The position numbers and the translations under genes were made by a program. A model generated the notes under the pieces. It was not told where the DNA came from, searched no databases, and saw nothing but the letters and a program-made list of their open reading frames with translations. This document shows positions 62,008-64,000 of a stretch of DNA of 64,000 nucleotides, one piece after another. The stretch is from an uncultured delta proteobacterium (GTDB lineage Bacteria; Myxococcota; Kuafuiibacteriia; Kuafuiibacteriales; Kuafuiibacteriaceae). The stretch spans positions 224,001 through 288,000 of the forward strand of contig CAWDML010000007.1 in assembly GCA_963803435.1 (NCBI GenBank), given 5' to 3'. Position 1 is the first letter of the stretch. Every line of letters starts with the position of its first letter.

Positions 62008-63141
62008 GTGTCGCCACTTCGTACCCTACCGTCATTCACACTTCTCGTTGCTGTGCCTTTGGCCTGCACGTCGGCCGCCAGCACCGCGCCACCGGGTATC
62101 GTCCCGGCGCAGACGGCCCGGCCCATTCGCACCGTGGCTCATACCATCTCTCCGTCGACACGCGCGAAGCGGATCCAGATCGACGATCCGCTGAGCTTCT
62201 GGAACGACGGCGGATACACGCTCCTCGTTCCCGCCGTTCGGATGTCGATCCCGCCCGGAGGCGCAGCGGGGACCGCGATCTTCTTCAAGCTCCCGAAGGG
62301 CGCTCCCATCGTCGCGACGCGGCACGGATCCGACGTGGTGCCCTCGAGCTTCATCTTCCCGCCGGGGACCGCAGCCGACCGCGTCGCGTACGTGGTGGTC
62401 GAGGACGAGTCCGGCCAACCCTCCGTGCGGGTCCTCGACGTGCGGGGGACGCGCATCGACTCGGACGGCTCCCAGCTGTTTCGTGTGCTCCGTCCTGGAG
62501 GCCCCGAACCGACCGCGCCGATGATCGGGTACGAGTGGCCCCGCGGCGACATGGCCGCGCGGGACGATGCGACCTCCCGTCTGCTCGACGAGCTCCGGGG
62601 GCTGCAGCAGCCCATCTCGGAGCGTCCGCCCAGCCCGCAAGCGCTGGCGAGGCTGGCACTGCTCAACCACTGCGAGATCTGCCATATGCCGAACAAGCCC
62701 CCCAGCCCGCCGAGCAGCCAGCTCCCGTCGTGGCCGACGGACGGCAGCGGCTTCTACGTCCCGCTGGGCGTGCTGATGGATCACGAACCGCTCTCGACGC
62801 AGCCCAGCTTGCACGATCCGAACGCCGAGGATCCGTACATCCAGACCTCGTGCGGCACCACTCCGGCCAAGGTGGACGGAGATCCGAACAATCGCTTCTT
62901 CACCTGTGCCGACGAGAACCGTCTCCCGATGGGACGCCGCGACATCCGCCGGGGGATGCTCGAAGAGGACGCCTACACAATGCTGGTCTGCGGCGCGCGC
63001 ACCCTCCTGTTCGAACGGATGGACGCGGAGGCGCAGAAGGACTTCGCGCCGCTGCTCGAGGAGTGTCGAGGCGAGCCCGACCGCTTGGTGCGCTACGCCC
63101 GCACTCCCCTCGGGACATCGCGTCTCGTGGTGTCGCATTAG
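62008..63141 (+). CDS. Exported protein/lipoprotein with one CxxCH motif
   Basis: Signal ending PLAC; CEICH; four further Cys. Confidence 0.7.
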   Translation: MSPLRTLPSFTLLVAVPLACTSAASTAPPGIVPAQTARPIRTVAHTISPSTRAKRIQIDDPLSFWNDGGYTLLVPAVRMSIPPGGAAGTAIFFKLPKGAPIVATRHGSDVVPSSFIFPPGTAADRVAYVVVEDESGQPSVRVLDVRGTRIDSDGSQLFRVLRPGGPEPTAPMIGYEWPRGDMAARDDATSRLLDELRGLQQPISERPPSPQALARLALLNHCEICHMPNKPPSPPSSQLPSWPTDGSGFYVPLGVLMDHEPLSTQPSLHDPNAEDPYIQTSCGTTPAKVDGDPNNRFFTCADENRLPMGRRDIRRGMLEEDAYTMLVCGARTLLFERMDAEAQKDFAPLLEECRGEPDRLVRYARTPLGTSRLVVSH

Positions 63142-63190
63142 GCCGGGGCCTTGACGCCGGACGTGCTCCGCAAAGTACGCTCCGGCACTC

Positions 63191-63673
63191 GTGGCACAAC
63201 CCAACCTCCTCGCAACTCTTGCGCTCGCCATCTGCGGCTGCGGACCGGTCGACCACACCATCGACATCGTCTTCGACCCTTGCCAGCCGCTCCTCTTCAG
63301 CAGCGCCTCCAGCGACCCCGGCGACCGCCAGAGCATCGAGGAGGCCACCGCGCTCTGGAACGACCTCGCCGGCACCGAGCTCGAGCTGGCGGACGACGCC
63401 GCGCTGGTGCCGATCGACTTCGAGAAGGGCGCCACCGCGATCCTGGGGCTCTACGACGACGAGCGCGGGGTCGTGGTCATCAACAGGGCGCTGGAGGGAC
63501 GGGCGCGGACGATCACGATCGCCCACGAGATCGGTCACGCCATGGGATTGGTGCACGTTAAAAAGACCGAGCGGCGGTCCGTCATGGTTCCAGCCAATAC
63601 GGACACGCCGCCCGGTGAAGCGGATCGCGAAGCACTCGTCGCGCTCTGGGGTGTGTGTTCCTCGGGAGACTGA
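63191..63673 (+). CDS. Matrixin-like (metzincin) zinc protease, exported
   Basis: HEIGHAMGLVH plus Met-turn SVM; signal peptide with Cys. Confidence 0.85.
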   Translation: MAQPNLLATLALAICGCGPVDHTIDIVFDPCQPLLFSSASSDPGDRQSIEEATALWNDLAGTELELADDAALVPIDFEKGATAILGLYDDERGVVVINRALEGRARTITIAHEIGHAMGLVHVKKTERRSVMVPANTDTPPGEADREALVALWGVCSSGD

Positions 63674-63677
63674 CCCT

Positions 63678-64000
63678 CTAAAACTCCCACCCCAGGCGCG
63701 CCGAGACGTTCCAGGTGTTCAGGTCGTTGTTCGCGCCGACGTCCGTGTCCCCCTGGCCACGGAGCAGGTTGTCGCTGAACGCGAACCGATACTCGCCTCG
63801 TGCATCCAGGGCGAGCCCCCCGAACAGGAACGAGACGCCCGCACCTGCCGGGATCTCACCGAGGTTGTCACTGTTCCGCACGCTCGACGTGTTGAAGTCC
63901 TCGTTGACCAGACTGTAGTGCTTGTACGCGATCCCACCGAACAGGTACGGATCCACGCGGACGGCCCCCATCTGGAAGGGCTTTACGAACGTCGAGACGA
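63678..64000 (-). CDS. Outer membrane beta-barrel protein, C-terminal part
   Basis: Alternating beta-strands, ends VSARLGWEF; open at the right edge. Confidence 0.75.
   Translation of the reverse strand, partial: VSTFVKPFQMGAVRVDPYLFGGIAYKHYSLVNEDFNTSSVRNSDNLGEIPAGAGVSFLFGGLALDARGEYRFAFSDNLLRGQGDTDVGANNDLNTWNVSARLGWEF

Overview
High-GC bacterial DNA, probably Myxococcota (inferred from the FHA-sigma54 activator, Ser/Thr kinase, DUF1592/DUF1552 pair and Cys-rich lipoproteins). Left part: thioester alpha-2-macroglobulin (partial), MFS transporter, DUF1549/DUF1553-DUF1501 pair, two glycosyltransferases, a complete alternative complex III (actA-G)-SCO-caa3 oxidase operon, hydrolases, an M14 peptidase-RimK pair and a nine-motif cytochrome c. 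Middle: msrA, a patch of gene fragments, an FHA-bEBP, a GH13 gene bracketed by a 29-bp direct repeat, a Cys-repeat protein and a DUF1592-DUF1552 pair. Right part (41.6-63.1 kb): a stress and envelope cluster (USP, kinase, YihY, TamAB, AI-2E, HtpX, MlaDEF-like, OtsA, ferritin-like, DUF1328, small proteins). The main observation is that almost every transcription unit there has a sigma54 -24/-12 element, usually 13-16 nt before a start codon with no Shine-Dalgarno (apparently leaderless), and often as tight back-to-back divergent pairs. Several +1 frameshifts share one GATC-like sequence context and are probably sequencing errors. No rRNA, tRNA, CRISPR array or intact transposase was seen. All family calls are by eye from motifs; no database search was run.
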